Assembly (NCBI RefSeq): GCF_006345805.1
Contig: NC_043024.1
Coordinates: 3,596,001-3,660,000 of the forward strand
Source of the DNA: Octopus sinensis
Lineage: Eukaryota
Direction: 5' to 3'
Length of the DNA stretch: 64,000 bases
The notes beneath the pieces are model-generated. The model was not told where the DNA came from, ran no database searches, and saw nothing but the letters and a program-made list of their open reading frames with translations. Made by a program: the position numbers and the translations under genes. Shown here one piece after another: positions 1-11,922 of this stretch (positions within the stretch are counted from its first letter, which is position 1; each line of letters begins with the position of its first letter).

Positions 1-118
1 GTACTAGGCTTACAAAGAATAAGCCCTGGGGTCGATTTGTTTGACTAGAACCCTTCAAGGCATTGCTCCAGCATTGCCGCAGTCAAATGACTGAAACAAG
101 TAAAAGAATAAAAGAATA
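1..118 (+). mobile_element. SINE family A, 3' part
   Basis: gtactaggcttacaaagaataag..catggccgcagtcaaatgactgaaacaagtaaaag tail. Confidence 0.85.
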
Positions 119-147
119 TTTTCGTAATTGAACATCATTAGGAATTG

Positions 148-238
148 TAAAGTGGCAAGCTAGCAAAATGCTTAGCAGCATTCCATCCGCCCTTATGTTC
201 TGAGTTCAAATTCCACCAAGGTCGATTTTGCCTTTGCA
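148..238 (+). mobile_element. SINE family B, head
   Basis: gtggcaagct..ttctgagttcaaattccaccaaggtcgattttgcc. Confidence 0.7.
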
Positions 239-524
239 TAAAGAATTGTTGAAATATTTTTTGTATAAGCGATTCGTTACACATAAATTTGAACACAGAC
301 ATCTTATATGGATGCAGCCCACCTCAAACAAATGACATGTGGTCCCTGGTCAAGAACTGCTCATCAAGATGGGATGTATCTGTAGATAAGGAATTTTGTG
401 GGATGCAGCTCTGGAGGGATGGCCACAGAATTTAATGTTGGGTAGTTGGGTGGGTTGAGAGTTATATTCCTCTAATTTCTAGTCATCAGTGTGTATTGAA
501 ATATCTCGTTCGTCTTTAATCTTT

Positions 525-930
525 TTATTTGTTTCTGTCATTAGACTGTGGCCATGCTGGGGCACTGCCTTGTGGAATTTTAGTCAAACTAATTGACCCC
601 AGTACTTCTTTTCTTTCTTTTTTCTTTTCTTTCTTTTTTCTTTTTTTGAAACCTGGTACTATTATTCTGTTGGTCTTTTTTACTGAACCACTAAATTACG
701 TGGATGTAAACACACCAACACTGGTTGGCAAGTGGTGGTGGGGGACAAACAGACTCAAAGGCACACACACATTTATATGATGAGCTTCTTTCAGTTTCTG
801 TCTACCAAGTCCATTCACAAGGCTTTGGTTGGCTACAGTAGAAAACACTTGCCCAAGGCACCACACGGTGAGACTGAACCTGGAACCATGTGGTTAGGAA
901 GCTAGCTTTTTGCCACACAGCCATGCCTGC
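525..930 (-). mobile_element. SINE family A (tRNA-like head, CORE-like ttgggcaagtgt segment, internal microsatellite)
   Basis: Full-length match to the other copies; A-box-like tggctgtgtgg and B-box-like ggttcagtc. Resembles the octopus OR-type SINEs; exact family name not assigned. Confidence 0.85.
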
Positions 931-1286
931 ATTTGTACAATTTTATTTTTCTGTGTCAGGAGTAGGTGTGTCCTGAATGTATAATTAGCACAAATGTATT
1001 ATTAGCATAATTAGTAAGTTATCAGTTGGTTAATTAATTATCTTAGGCAACTAGACTTTTGTACAGACATTAATTTCTTTAGTGTATTGGTTACAAAATG
1101 TGTGCCTATGTGCATATTTGCACGTATGCACACAGCTTAAAAGGAACATTGTTTGGGCATGAGAGACAAAATAAGGATAAAGAAAGAGGAAGTGGTAGAT
1201 TAATGGATGGAATAATTCACTGTGTGGAGAATACGTGGGGGTACTCAGAAGTAACTGGAAATGTTTTCTGGGATAAACCCATTGTA

Positions 1287-1851
1287 TTGGGTTGTCCGGA
1301 AAGTTCGTGCCGATTTTTAAAGGAAGGAAAAAGTCAATAAATACTTACCATTGCATTTTTAATCAACCAAATATGAACCATTTTGTTGCCCAATGCATCC
1401 CCATCTTTCCTTTAACTTGAAAATACCCTCTTCCCAGAATTGAGGTGGTTTTATGGCAAAGAATTCATCAAGGTATCTTTTTACGTCATCCAAGGAATTG
1501 AAATTTTTACCATTAAGACTATTCTGCAAAGATCTGAATAAGTGGAAATCCGAAGGAGCAATATCTGGTGAATATGAAGGGTGGGGTAACACATCCCAGC
1601 CAAGCTGCAGCAATTTTTGTCTGGTTCCCAAAGCATCAAGTGCCGAAAATGAACTTTCTTATCTTCCATTTTAAAGGGTTACAGAATTAACACAGGTTAT
1701 AGGAACATAAATCTTCTTCCACGAAAAGATAGCTTAAACTGTGCTCTGAATGGAGGTGTAGTCAAATCCTATCTTATGGACTTGACCATGTTCTAAAATA
1801 AGTTGAAAGGTAAGCTACTATAAATTGGCATGAACTTTCCGGACAACCCAA
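1287..1851 (-). mobile_element. Internally deleted mariner (family A), non-autonomous
   Basis: TIRs ttgggttgtccggaaagttc at both ends, TA on both flanks; transposase C-terminus with VLPHPSYSPDIAPSDFHLF. Confidence 0.92.
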
Positions 1852-1879
1852 TAGTTCAAACTTCTGCCACTAGAATCAA

Positions 1880-2672
1880 CTTGATGTGACCCTCAGGCAT
1901 CAGTCTCCTGAGTGGTGGCGTCTGTTCATGTCATACTGCCATGTGATGCATTTTTGTTTTGCAGTGCTTCTCCCCTGTTCATTGATTTTTGTGATGGCTG
2001 AAACGAAGGAACAGCATGCTTCTATGAATTTCTGTTTTCTACTTGGTTGCCGAAACAGTTTTCATATCAAACAGCTTACAAGGATGCTACCATGAGTAAA
2101 ACACAAGTTTACAAGTGGTTTCCACACTTCAGGAATGGTCCCTTTTCGCTAGAAGACCAATCTTGTTCAGGACGATCGTCAATCTCCAGAACAAATGAAA
2201 ACATGAAAATTCATAAACTGATCTTGGAGGACCGTCATCAAACAATTGATAAACTTGTTGAAATGACAGGTGTGTCCTGGAGCTCTTGCCAACAAATTTG
2301 AATGAGGAATTGCAAACGAAAAGAGTTGCAGCAAAATTTGTGCCTTGCTCATGGAAGATGAAAAGCAGTCACGACTGAATGCATGTCGTTAACGGAAAGA
2401 ACAGTTGGAAGTTGATCTGGACCTTTCTTCAAAGGTCATGACTAGTGATGAAAGGTGGTGCAATGGAATTTGCAGATGTGGAAAAGAGGTGAAAAAAAAA
2501 TGATTGAGGCGTTAAAAGGAAAAACACTTTACAAAAGTTCCAGCACTGCTTTGAATAGTGGAAAATGCACCTGGGTCAATGCACTGCTTCAAATGGAGAA
2601 TACTTTGAAGTGTAAACATGTAAAAGTAAATAAAATATTGCAAAATTCCGGTTTCTTTTGGGTACCCCCTCG
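1880..2672 (+). mobile_element. Degenerate mariner with large internal deletion
   Basis: Transposase N-terminal HTH remnants (SKTQVYKWF..F..G..SLED..SGR; KRVAAKFVP); right end gtaccccctcg/TA. Confidence 0.8.
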
Positions 2673-3131
2673 TATATGTAATTAGTTACCTCCATAGGGC
2701 TGAGGTTGTAGTAACAATGTAAGAGACAAGTATTCTGTGAACTAAGTACCTGTTGAGCGTTTGTGGTTAGTCTTCATTGGTTTTGATGTTTGTGTTGCTG
2801 TTGCTGCAACAGTGTGAAGTTGTCATCATCATCATCATCATCGTCTTTTAATGTCTTCTTTTCCATGCTGACATGGGTTGGACAGAATTTGTTGAGGCAA
2901 AGTTTTAAATTTCTTATGGCTGGATGCCCTTCCTGTCATCAACCCTCATCTGTTTGTAAGCTATGTAATATTTCCCTGTAGCCAAACATATTTTCATGGG
3001 AAACTAGAAGCAAAGGACACTGCTTGTATGATGGGGATGCTCATTTACAACAAGAATACACACAAACATGCATAGACACACACAACCATGTACATCCACA
3101 CATTCATACAAACATACACACACGTATATAT

Positions 3132-3372
3132 TCTTTTATTCTTTTACTTGTTTCAGTCATTTGAATGTGGCCATGCTGGAACCCTGCTTTGACGGTTTTT
3201 TTTAGTCAATCAAATCAAATTTGTTTTTAGTCAAACAAATTTTTAAAGCTTAGTATTTATTCTATTGGTCTCTTTTGCTGAACTACTAAGTTACAGGGAT
3301 ATAAACACACAACACCGGTTGTCAAGTAGTGATGGAGTGGGGAACACAGACACAAAGACACACACACAGATT
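3132..3372 (-). mobile_element. SINE family A, 3' half
   Basis: Matches the family A tail. Confidence 0.8.
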
Positions 3373-3529
3373 TATATATATATATATATATATATATACA
3401 TACACACACACACATACACAAGGTTTTGCAGGTAAATTGAGACAATTTCTATGCTGCATAAAACTGGTTATAAGTACTAAAATAATAGAAGTCTACAGAT
3501 ATAATTTTAATCTAACATTTATTACAACA

Positions 3530-3905
3530 AAACATTTATCACTCAGTATGGCCCTCCTTTTGAGCAATTACTGCCTCCACGTGAGAACAAAATTGTTTTT
3601 GGCAGCTGCTGCAACCTCTGCCCTTTTGATTTTGTGTGTTGTACACATGAGGCAGGTCTTCAAATTGTTGACACTTGAGTGTGGTGAAGCATTGGTCCTT
3701 CCTTGAAGTATGCTCCATAAAAAGTAATCGGGAAGGTTGAGATCTGGGCTATTACTGGGCCAGATGCTGGCCCTCACAAAAAATGGCACCTTCTCACTAA
3801 GGAAGGCCTGTGTTGCTTTTGACCTATGGCATGATGAAGAATCCTTGATAAGCACTACATTGTCAAGCCCAAACTTATGCTTCATCCAGATAAAATATTG
3901 TAAAA
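3530..3905 (-). mobile_element. Tc1/mariner (maT/DD37D-like) transposase 3' fragment
   Basis: WPSNSPDLNLPDYFLWSILQ motif in ORF 3568-3885. Confidence 0.75.
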
Positions 3906-3934
3906 ATTAAGAAAAATTATATTTCTTTGTAATT

Positions 3935-4435
3935 GGCAAGCTGGCAGAATCATTAGCATGCTGGGCGAAATGCTTTGCGGTATTTCATCTGGCACTACAT
4001 TCTGAGTTCAAATTCCACTGAGGTCAGATTTGCTTTTCATCCTTTCAGGGTCGATGAAATAAGTACCAGTTGTGCACTGGGGTCAGTGTAATCGACTAGC
4101 TTCCTTCCCCCTAAAATTTTCAAGGCCTTGTGCCTAGAGTAGAAATAATTAAATAGGATGCAGTGTGACTGCGTAAAATACATAGTGTCACTGTTAAGTT
4201 CCAGTAACAGGCCATAGGGGTTAACATGTTAAAGTGGCAAGCTGGCAGAACCATTAGCAGGCCAGGCAAAATGCCTAGTGGCATTTCATGGCTTTACATT
4301 CTGAGTTGTGGTTGACTTTGCCTTTCATTCTTTCAGGGTCGATAAAGTAAGCATCAATCAAGTACTGGGGTTAATGTAATTGACTAACCCACTAACAGCA
4401 AAAACTCCTGGTCCTGTACTAAAATTTGAAACCAT
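3935..4435 (+). mobile_element. Two SINE family B copies (3935-4145, 4232-4435)
   Basis: ggcaagctggcagaa..gagttcaaattcc..cctttcatcctttcagggtcgat. Confidence 0.8.
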
Positions 4436-4467
4436 TATGTTGTTTAGAATAGTTTTTTTAAAACTTT

Positions 4468-4858
4468 TTTGTTTGTTTCAGTTATTTAACTGTGGTCATG
4501 CTGGAGCATTGGCTTTTTAAGGGTTTTAATTGAACAAATTTACCCCCCCCCCCCCAATAGGACATTTTTTTAAAAGCCTAATACTTATTCTATTTTGCTC
4601 TTTGCTGAACTACTAAGTTATGGGGATGTAAACACACCAACATCAGTTGTCAAGCAGTAATGGAGGGAACAGACGTAAAGACACACACACACCCATATGA
4701 CGGGCTTCTTTCAGTTTCCGTCTGCCAAATCCACTCACAAGGCTTTGGTCAGCTCAGGGATATAGTAGAAGACACCTGCCCAAGGTGCCACGCAGTGGGA
4801 CTGAACCTGGAACCATATGGTCGGGAAGCAAGCTTCTTACCACACAGCCATGCCTCCA
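4468..4858 (-). mobile_element. SINE family A
   Basis: Full-length copy. Confidence 0.85.
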
Positions 4859-4925
4859 CCTATTTAATTTTTTTTTATATTTAAATTATTTGTTTATTAT
4901 ATTTTTTGTTACTTTTTCCACTCAG

Positions 4926-5066
4926 CTAACCAACACCAATGGTGACTTTGACCAGGAAGTCATTGCTGACCTGTCCACTACAATGCAACAACTATTCACT
5001 GGTCACTGTTCCAATATCTGCTGCCTGGCAGAGGATTTTGATTTCTTCAGCAAATTACAGATACAG
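4926..5066 (+). CDS. Internal coding exon of unidentified host gene (LTNTNGDFDQEVIADLSTTMQQLFTGHCSNICCLAEDFDFFSKLQIQ)
   Basis: Acceptor ttttgttactttttccactcAG, donor GTgagt, 141 nt, phase 0/0, open frame, non-repetitive sequence. Confidence 0.75.
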
Positions 5067-5784
5067 GTGAGTTGGGCATGGCTGTATTCTGCTATCATGG
5101 AAGTGACTAATGGGTGGAGGAGGGGAAGAGTTAGTCTGTTGAGGTGTCTGTCACAGAACTGTTTGCCATCATCACCACTGTGGTGTAAGTTGTTAAATAT
5201 CACTGGCACATTGCTGTTGTATTTTGTCATATTACTGGCAAAGAGAAGGTAAACAAATACCTAGCGGCTCTTGTTTACCTGCTAATTAAAATGAAAATAA
5301 TTTCAATCAAAATTTTTTTTTTGTCTAGTATTTAGTAAACCTTTCTCTGTCGATGTTGTCCATACTTATCTCTCTCTACCTAACTTTCTATCTGTCTATC
5401 TCTCTCTTTCTGTTTTGCCCTTCATCTAGCATAAATTTGTCCCCACAAGGTTTGCAGTATTGCAAACTACAAGATGGTGTCACTAGTGCTGGCAGTAAAA
5501 ACAAATAGCAACTGGTACACTCTATGAAGTGCTTGGCACCAGGAAAGGCATCCAGCCATAGAAATTATCCTAAAGAAAACATTGGAGCATGATGCAGTCT
5601 TTGGGCTCGTCAGATCCATTCAAAACATTTAATGTATGTCAGCACAGAAGATGAATGTTAAATTGATGATGATGATGACTTATATGTATGTGTGTATATG
5701 TATTATATAAAAGAAAAATAATGATGCTGTTATATAAATGTATATGTATATATATATATACATAAAACTTTTGATATATTTAAT

Positions 5785-5866
<82 letters not shown>

Positions 5867-5867
<1 letters not shown>

Positions 5868-8157
5868 GAAAATCACAACTTGACCAATAGAACAGAGCCT
5901 CTTATACCTTGTGAACCCAAGATTAATCTTAAGGACCACAAGAGAAATTTCCTAGAAAACCCCTTGGTAAGACTCATATGTCCAACTAAGTCAGACATTG
6001 GCCGACTTAGTAAATCTATCTTGGACAATGTTCTACCCCAAATAACCCCTATCCTTCCCTTAAGTCTATGGTTTAATACTGATGAAGTAATAGATTGGTT
6101 TAATTCTCTAGTTAGCATTAGCAGTTTCTCTTTTATTCAATTTGATATCAATAATTATTATTCTAGTATATCCCCAATTTTGCTAAATAAATCGCTTATT
6201 TTTGCCATGAATCACTCCCTTATATCTAGAGAAGAAATTGACATAATCCTACTAGCTAGAAAAACTATCATAGAATTTGAAGGTAAATTATGGACTAGAG
6301 TAGATACCCCTAATAATTTTGATATACCCATAGGCTCCAGCGATTCAGCTGAGATAACTAATTTAGTAGGTGCATATTTATTAAAGTGCATAAAAAGGGA
6401 AATCCCTGAATTACAGGGTGGTCTATATAGGGATGATGCTCTGTTTGTTGTTCCTAAATCAAGCATTGAAAGGATTAAAAAGAAAATTAATAAGTTCTTT
6501 AAAGATTTTAACCTTAACATTACTTATGAACCTAACACTAAAATAGTCAATTTCCTAGATATTACCTTAAACCTTAATTCTAAGCTACATTACTCATTTA
6601 GAAAGGAAGACGAAATCACTAGATATGTAAATAAGTTATCTAATCATACTCCAAATATAATAAAATCATTAGTTAAAAATATCTCCCTAAGAATTTCCAA
6701 ACTGTCATCTAATAGTGATATATTCACTCTCACTCTAAACATTATAATACCGCATTATCTAAAGCAGGATATGACCATGAAATTACCTTTCTCGATAAGG
6801 ATAGTTTGTATCTTCCATACAAGGAAGAGAATATAAACTACGTAAACAAGAATAACTATCGTGCCCAACATAAAAATAGATTTATGGTGACGAAAAATCT
6901 AGTGTACAAACCAAATTATATAAATAAAAATATTGACCAGTGCATAAGTAACTTTGAAAAAAACTAATCTAGATAAATCTAAAAAACATGCAAATAAAAG
7001 TAATACGAATAATAACTCTCGTGAGAACAGTAATAATACATCTCACCCCAACTCTAATTTAAGAAAATATAAAAAAGAAAATAATGTCATTTGGCTAAAT
7101 ATTCCTTTTAACTGTGCGATTTTATCGAATGTATACAGTAAATTCAAATCTATACTAGAAAAAAATTTTCCAACTTCTCATAAATATCATAGAATAATTT
7201 CTAAGAGAACAGTTAGGATTTCATATTCAACCCTCCCAAATATGTCCACCATAATAGCTAGAATTGATAGTGAAAACATTAAGTTAGCCAGGAGTAGTAA
7301 GATTAGTATCAACATGAATAGCAATAATAATTGTAATAATAGTATCAAAAATAAAAATAATATTAATAATAATTATCAAAATGAGAACAACAACAATAAT
7401 AATAATATCAATAATAGAAATAATTATAATGATAAAAATAGGGATAATATAAATAAAAATAATACCAAAAATGATGATAGCAATAATATCTATAGCAGTA
7501 ATAACTTTGATATAAATACAAATAATAATAACAGCAATATCAATAATGTAGATAACAGAGGTATTGTTATGTTAGATGTGAATGATAGTGTGAATGGATC
7601 AATAAATAGTAACCCCACTTTGGATAACAATATTACCTATAATAATGAAAATAATATTTATAATAATTTGAATAACAGCAATGTGAGGGAACTGTCCTTA
7701 AATAATTCCAAATCTGAAAATTATCCCCCCAGTTGCAATTGTAGGATTAGATCAAATTGTCCGGCATCTGGTCGTTGTTCAGTCCAAAATGTAATCTATA
7801 AATGTACTATAATAACTTCTAATAATAACTTTTTTTTACATCAGTTGTTCTATTAATTTTAAACAGAGAATTAACAATCATCTTTCCTCTTTCTGATTAG
7901 ATCATAAGGCAGGTTGCACTACACTATCTAGCAAAATTTGGGAACTCAAAACTAATAATATTAAATATAACCTAAAATGGAAAATAGTTAGAAGGGCAAT
8001 ACCTTACAGAAATAATAGAGTAGACTGTCAACTCTGTTCTATGGAGACCTACGAGATTTTAAAGTATAGAAAAAATAAAAATCTACTAAATAATCGTCTA
8101 GAGTTAGGTCTGTCTTTCATTCATTCAAAAATCGGAACTTTAAAATATTTCAAATAG
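5867..8157 (+). mobile_element. Penelope-like element (RT, linker, C-terminal GIY-YIG), 5'-truncated and frameshifted
   Basis: RT motifs FDINNYYSSI, IPIGS.DSAE, LYRDD, NFLDITL; CNCRIRSNCP followed by IYKC...YISCS..FKQRINNH...LSSKIWELK..KWKIV..CQLC..E..LN.R.EL; frameshifts near 6675, 6960 and 7835. Confidence 0.9.
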
Positions 8158-9269
8158 AAATTTGAAGGTTTTCCTATTGTTTTCTAACTGTATCTTTTTA
8201 ACATAATGATAAATAGAAAATATTGTTATATTTCGGAATGGTCATATTGCCAGTTTAGCCAATAATATACTATGCCAACTTTTAATTGACTTTATAGTCA
8301 ACTAAATTAACCTTACTTAAATCATAGAATTGCTCATTTTCCCAATTCTATTCTAAATTTAACATGTAATACTATTCCCCCAGTTATAATCTGACTTTCA
8401 CTATAAATTTGACCATTTGCTATTGAATTTAATTGACCTCTAGATAGTGACCTAAATTCTTTCTCACCATATAAAAATAAAAGTTAAAATAAAAATAAAT
8501 AGCCTTCTATTCTAGTGTTAACCTTGATTTTCTTACTGTATCTTTCTCTGCCGATAACCTAAAACCCTCTTATTTCTTTCCTTATATCTCCCTTTCTCCT
8601 AACTCCTACTATAAATTCTGATGGCTTTCATTTGAAAGCAAGGTTTGGTGAACCTTACGGTCTCTTAAGAATTTAATGTTCCTCCCACACTGACCTAAAT
8701 TTTCTGTCACCATAGAAATAGACTGACCCTTCTTTCTAGTGTCAATCTGTCTTTGTCCTTTTACATCCCCCACTTTCTTTCCCCTTCTGTTCTTTTCTCC
8801 AGCTAATCTACCCTCCTCAACCTACTATACTACCATTCCTATCACTAAAGAAATTTTTTCTTGCAACAGTTAGATGTGAACTTAATCTTGATCTGACTGG
8901 CATCTTTCTTCATGTTTCCTGAAATTCATATCCACAACTTTATCAGTATTTTTACCTTCTCCAGGATGTTACTAATTGATTTGAGAACTTTACATTGTTG
9001 GAAAACATATATGAACTTAATCCTGGTTTGCCTGGCATCCTATTTCAAGTTCCTGAAACTCATATCTACAACTTTATTGGTATATTTGCACTCTCTAAGA
9101 TGTTACTAATTGATTTAAGAACTTTACATTATTGGAAAACCTATATGAAATTAGCTGAAGATTACTTGACATATTATATTTGCTGTAATATTTGCAGCTT
9201 TAATAGATTATTATAGTATGAAACAATTGTACTAAATTACCGGATCCATTCTTGTTGCTTATTTTTTGG

Positions 9270-9272
<3 letters not shown>
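8158..9272 (+). repeat. Putative 3' non-coding / pseudo-LTR region of the Penelope-like element, with a ~150-bp tandem duplication
   Basis: Contiguous with the ORF end; duplicated unit at about 8900-9150; ends in the motif tatgaaacaattgtactaaa..atccattcttgttgctt before (TA)n, which recurs at 18277, 42525 (inverted), 43279 and 44927. Confidence 0.5.
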
Positions 9273-9327
<55 letters not shown>

Positions 9328-9508
9328 CGGAGTAAGCACATAAATGTGAAATAAGGTGGTAAAAAGAGTACTCAAATACCAGAAGTAGAAAGCTTTGTTA
9401 AAAGTTTTTAAAAAATATTTTAGCAAAACTGTCCGACGAACGGGAACGTGAAACTCCGAGTCACAGCTTTTGTTATATTTCTGCTGCTTTTAAATAAAGT
9501 ATATATAT

Positions 9509-9540
<32 letters not shown>

Positions 9541-9833
9541 ATTGATGAAGGAAACGGAAAATGGATTTAGTCTGAATCTTTACTTGTCCTGCAGCAGTCC
9601 CTTAGGGGTAAGATAATGTGCATCTAGTTGTGTTGACACAATCAATGCAGGCTGTGTCACTTCAGGTGGTTGGTGCAAAAAAAGATGTTGCACTAGATAT
9701 ACTGAGATCTCCTTGACATTTTTGTTCTCTCCCCCACACACATATACATATGCATTATTTTTCCTTTGCAAGAGCAAACATGAAACCCTACAGAAAATAT
9801 TGGGTTGTCCGGAAAGTTTGTGCCTTTATTTAA

Positions 9834-10044
9834 GGCGGCGAGCTGGCAGAAATGTTAGCACGCTGGGCGAAATGCGTTGCCGTATTTCGTCTGCCGTTAT
9901 GTTCTGAGTTCAAATTCTGCCGAGGTCAACTTTGCCTTTCATCCTTTCGGGGTCGATAAATTAAGTACCAGTTACGTACTGAGGTCGATATCTGTCCTTG
10001 TTTGTCCTCTCTGTGTTTGGCCCCTTGTGGGTAGTGAATAAATA
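9834..10044 (+). mobile_element. SINE family B inserted at a 3' splice site
   Basis: ggcggcgagctggcagaa start; 17-bp direct repeat attatttttcctttgca at 9754-9770 and 10045-10061. Confidence 0.88.
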
Positions 10045-10062
10045 ATTATTTTTCCTTTGCAG

Positions 10063-10212
10063 GATCTGAAAATATTTGGTAGGGAAGAGGAAAATAAATC
10101 CCTTCAACAGTTAACGCTAATTGTCAATGTAACTTCTCCAACAACGCTGCTTGGCAAAGGAGAAATTCTGGACAAAATGTTGCTGCTTACCAAAGTCTCT
10201 TTTGCTCTTCAA
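10063..10212 (+). CDS. Internal coding exon (DLKIFGREEENKSLQQLTLIVNVTSPTTLLGKGEILDKMLLLTKVSFALQ)
   Basis: Acceptor attatttttcctttgcAG, donor GTgagt, 150 nt; only the phase-0 frame is open, matching the previous exon. Confidence 0.75.
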
Positions 10213-10297
10213 GTGAGTGTGTCTTAAAGCACTGGCTTCTATCTCTTCAACTGTCTTAAATATTTTTTGTTCTCTTTGTTGTTTAACCCTGGTTCAG

Positions 10298-11433
10298 TCC
10301 CAATTGAGCAGATCAATGGTATTCCCAAGAAGTTTTGGAAGTCAGCTGGAAAAATTCTGGCTTCAGTGTTTTGGGTCAAAGATAGAGTACTCATAAAATA
10401 CCTGCCAAAGGGCCATGTCATCAATGCAGAATACTACATGTCTCCTTTGGATGAACAGCATGAAGCTGTGGAAAACTGAACTGTGGTGTCCTGTTCTTGC
10501 AGGACAGTGCATCAGCACACACAGTACATGAAACCCTACAGAAAATTTTGGGTTGTCCGGAAAGGTCGTGCTAATTTATAGTAACTTACATTTTTCGACT
10601 TATTTTAGAACGTGGTTGAGTCCATAAAATAGGATTTGACTACACCTCCATTTAAAGCAGAGTTTAAGCTATCTTTTTTGGGGAAGAAGGTTTATGTTCC
10701 TATAACCTGTGTTAATTCTGTAACCCTTTAAAATGGAGGATAAGAAAGTTCATTTTCAGCACTTGATGCTTTGGGAACCAGACAGAAATTGCTGCAGCTT
10801 GGCTGGGATGTATTACCCCACCCTCCATATTCACCAGATATTGCTCCTTCAGATTTCCACTTATTCAGGTCTCTGCAGAATAGTCTTAATGGTAAAAATT
10901 TCAATTCCTTGGATGACGTAAAAAGATACCTTGATGAATTCTTTGCCATAAAACCACCTCAATTCTGGGAAGAGGGTATTTTCAAGTTAAAGGAAAGATG
11001 GGGACGCATTGTGCAATAAAATGGTTCATATTTGGTTGATTAAAAATGCAATGGCAAGTATTTATTGACTTTTTCTTTTCTTTAAAAATCGGCACGAACT
11101 TTCTGGACAACCCAGTACATGACTTTGGCTTTGAATTGGTAGATTAACCACCTTTCTTTCCTGACTTGGCCTCCTTCAGCTATCACCACTTTTCACAACT
11201 GAAGAAATATTTCAAGGAAATGAAATTTCACTCTGATTCGGAAGTGATCGCTGCTACTGAGGCCTGGTTGGTGGCCCAACCTTCCAAGTCCTTTTTACAG
11301 GGTTTAGGAAAACTGAAGGACGGTTGCAATAAGTGTTTGAATCTGAGTGGGGAATATGTTGAATAAAATCATAATTAACTTATCTTCCTGTATTTTCTTT
11401 TACCCAAAGCCAGGAACTTTTCAGCACCCCTTG
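10298..11433 (+). mobile_element. Old mariner (family B) 3' half, split by a family A insertion at a TA
   Basis: SAGKILASVFW..INAEYY..HETLQKI | HDFGFEL..PDLA..LKKYFKEMKFHSDSEVIAATEAW reads across the insert; right end caggaacttttcagcacccc..g/TA. Confidence 0.85.
10548..11115 (+). mobile_element. Internally deleted mariner family A, second copy
   Basis: Same TIRs and same internal deletion as 1287-1851, nearly identical, opposite orientation. Confidence 0.92.
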
Positions 11434-11435
11434 TA

Positions 11436-11597
11436 TATACATACACCAGTTTCCTACAGTTTCTATCTGCCAAATCCACTCATAAATCATTTGTTGGACC
11501 AGGGCCAACAGTAAAAGACCCTTGCCCAGGGCACCACATAGTGGGACTGAACCCAGGACCATTTGGTTACAAAGAAATTCGACCACAGCTGTACCTG
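11436..11597 (-). mobile_element. SINE family A, head
   Basis: Head and CORE-like segment only. Confidence 0.75.
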
Positions 11598-11691
11598 CAT
11601 CCAGTTGACTATTTTTGTTTTTTTCTATCTTATTTAATTGGTGTTTTTAATATAATTGTGTCAATGAACTCTTTTATTTTAATTACTCTAG

Positions 11692-11790
11692 AAACTGAAG
11701 GCTGATGACAATCTCCTGCTTCTGACTCATTCCTTTCTCACAAGATTCTCCGCTGGTCTTCTCCTTCTTGCTTATGATTGCTTCCAGAAG
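11692..11790 (+). CDS. Internal coding exon (KLKADDNLLLLTHSFLTRFSAGLLLLAYDCFQK)
   Basis: Acceptor ttttattttaattactctAG, donor GTttgt, 99 nt, phase 0/0, open. Confidence 0.7.
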
Positions 11791-11922
11791 GTTTGTAGGT
11801 TTATGGTTTTTTTGTAATTTATTGTTTTTTTTTATGGTTTAGTCTCAGCAGGAAGAGACGGACCTGTGACCTTTTTTATAAAGTGTCCAAGATTATATAT
11901 TATTTTGCATCAATACATAACG

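Noticed and set aside
270-435. Possible upstream exon (open frame DSLHINLNTD...WDV)
   Set aside because: The acceptor is mediocre and there is no convincing phase-0 donor before the stop.
5003-5230. Protein-looking minus-strand ORF
   Set aside because: Antisense to the plus-strand exon with canonical splice sites; it has no splice signals of its own.
7700-8700. Selenoprotein/SECIS recoding in the Penelope-like element
   Set aside because: All Cys motifs use TGT/TGC, and the hairpins near 8595-8675 do not fit a SECIS core or a canonical hammerhead.
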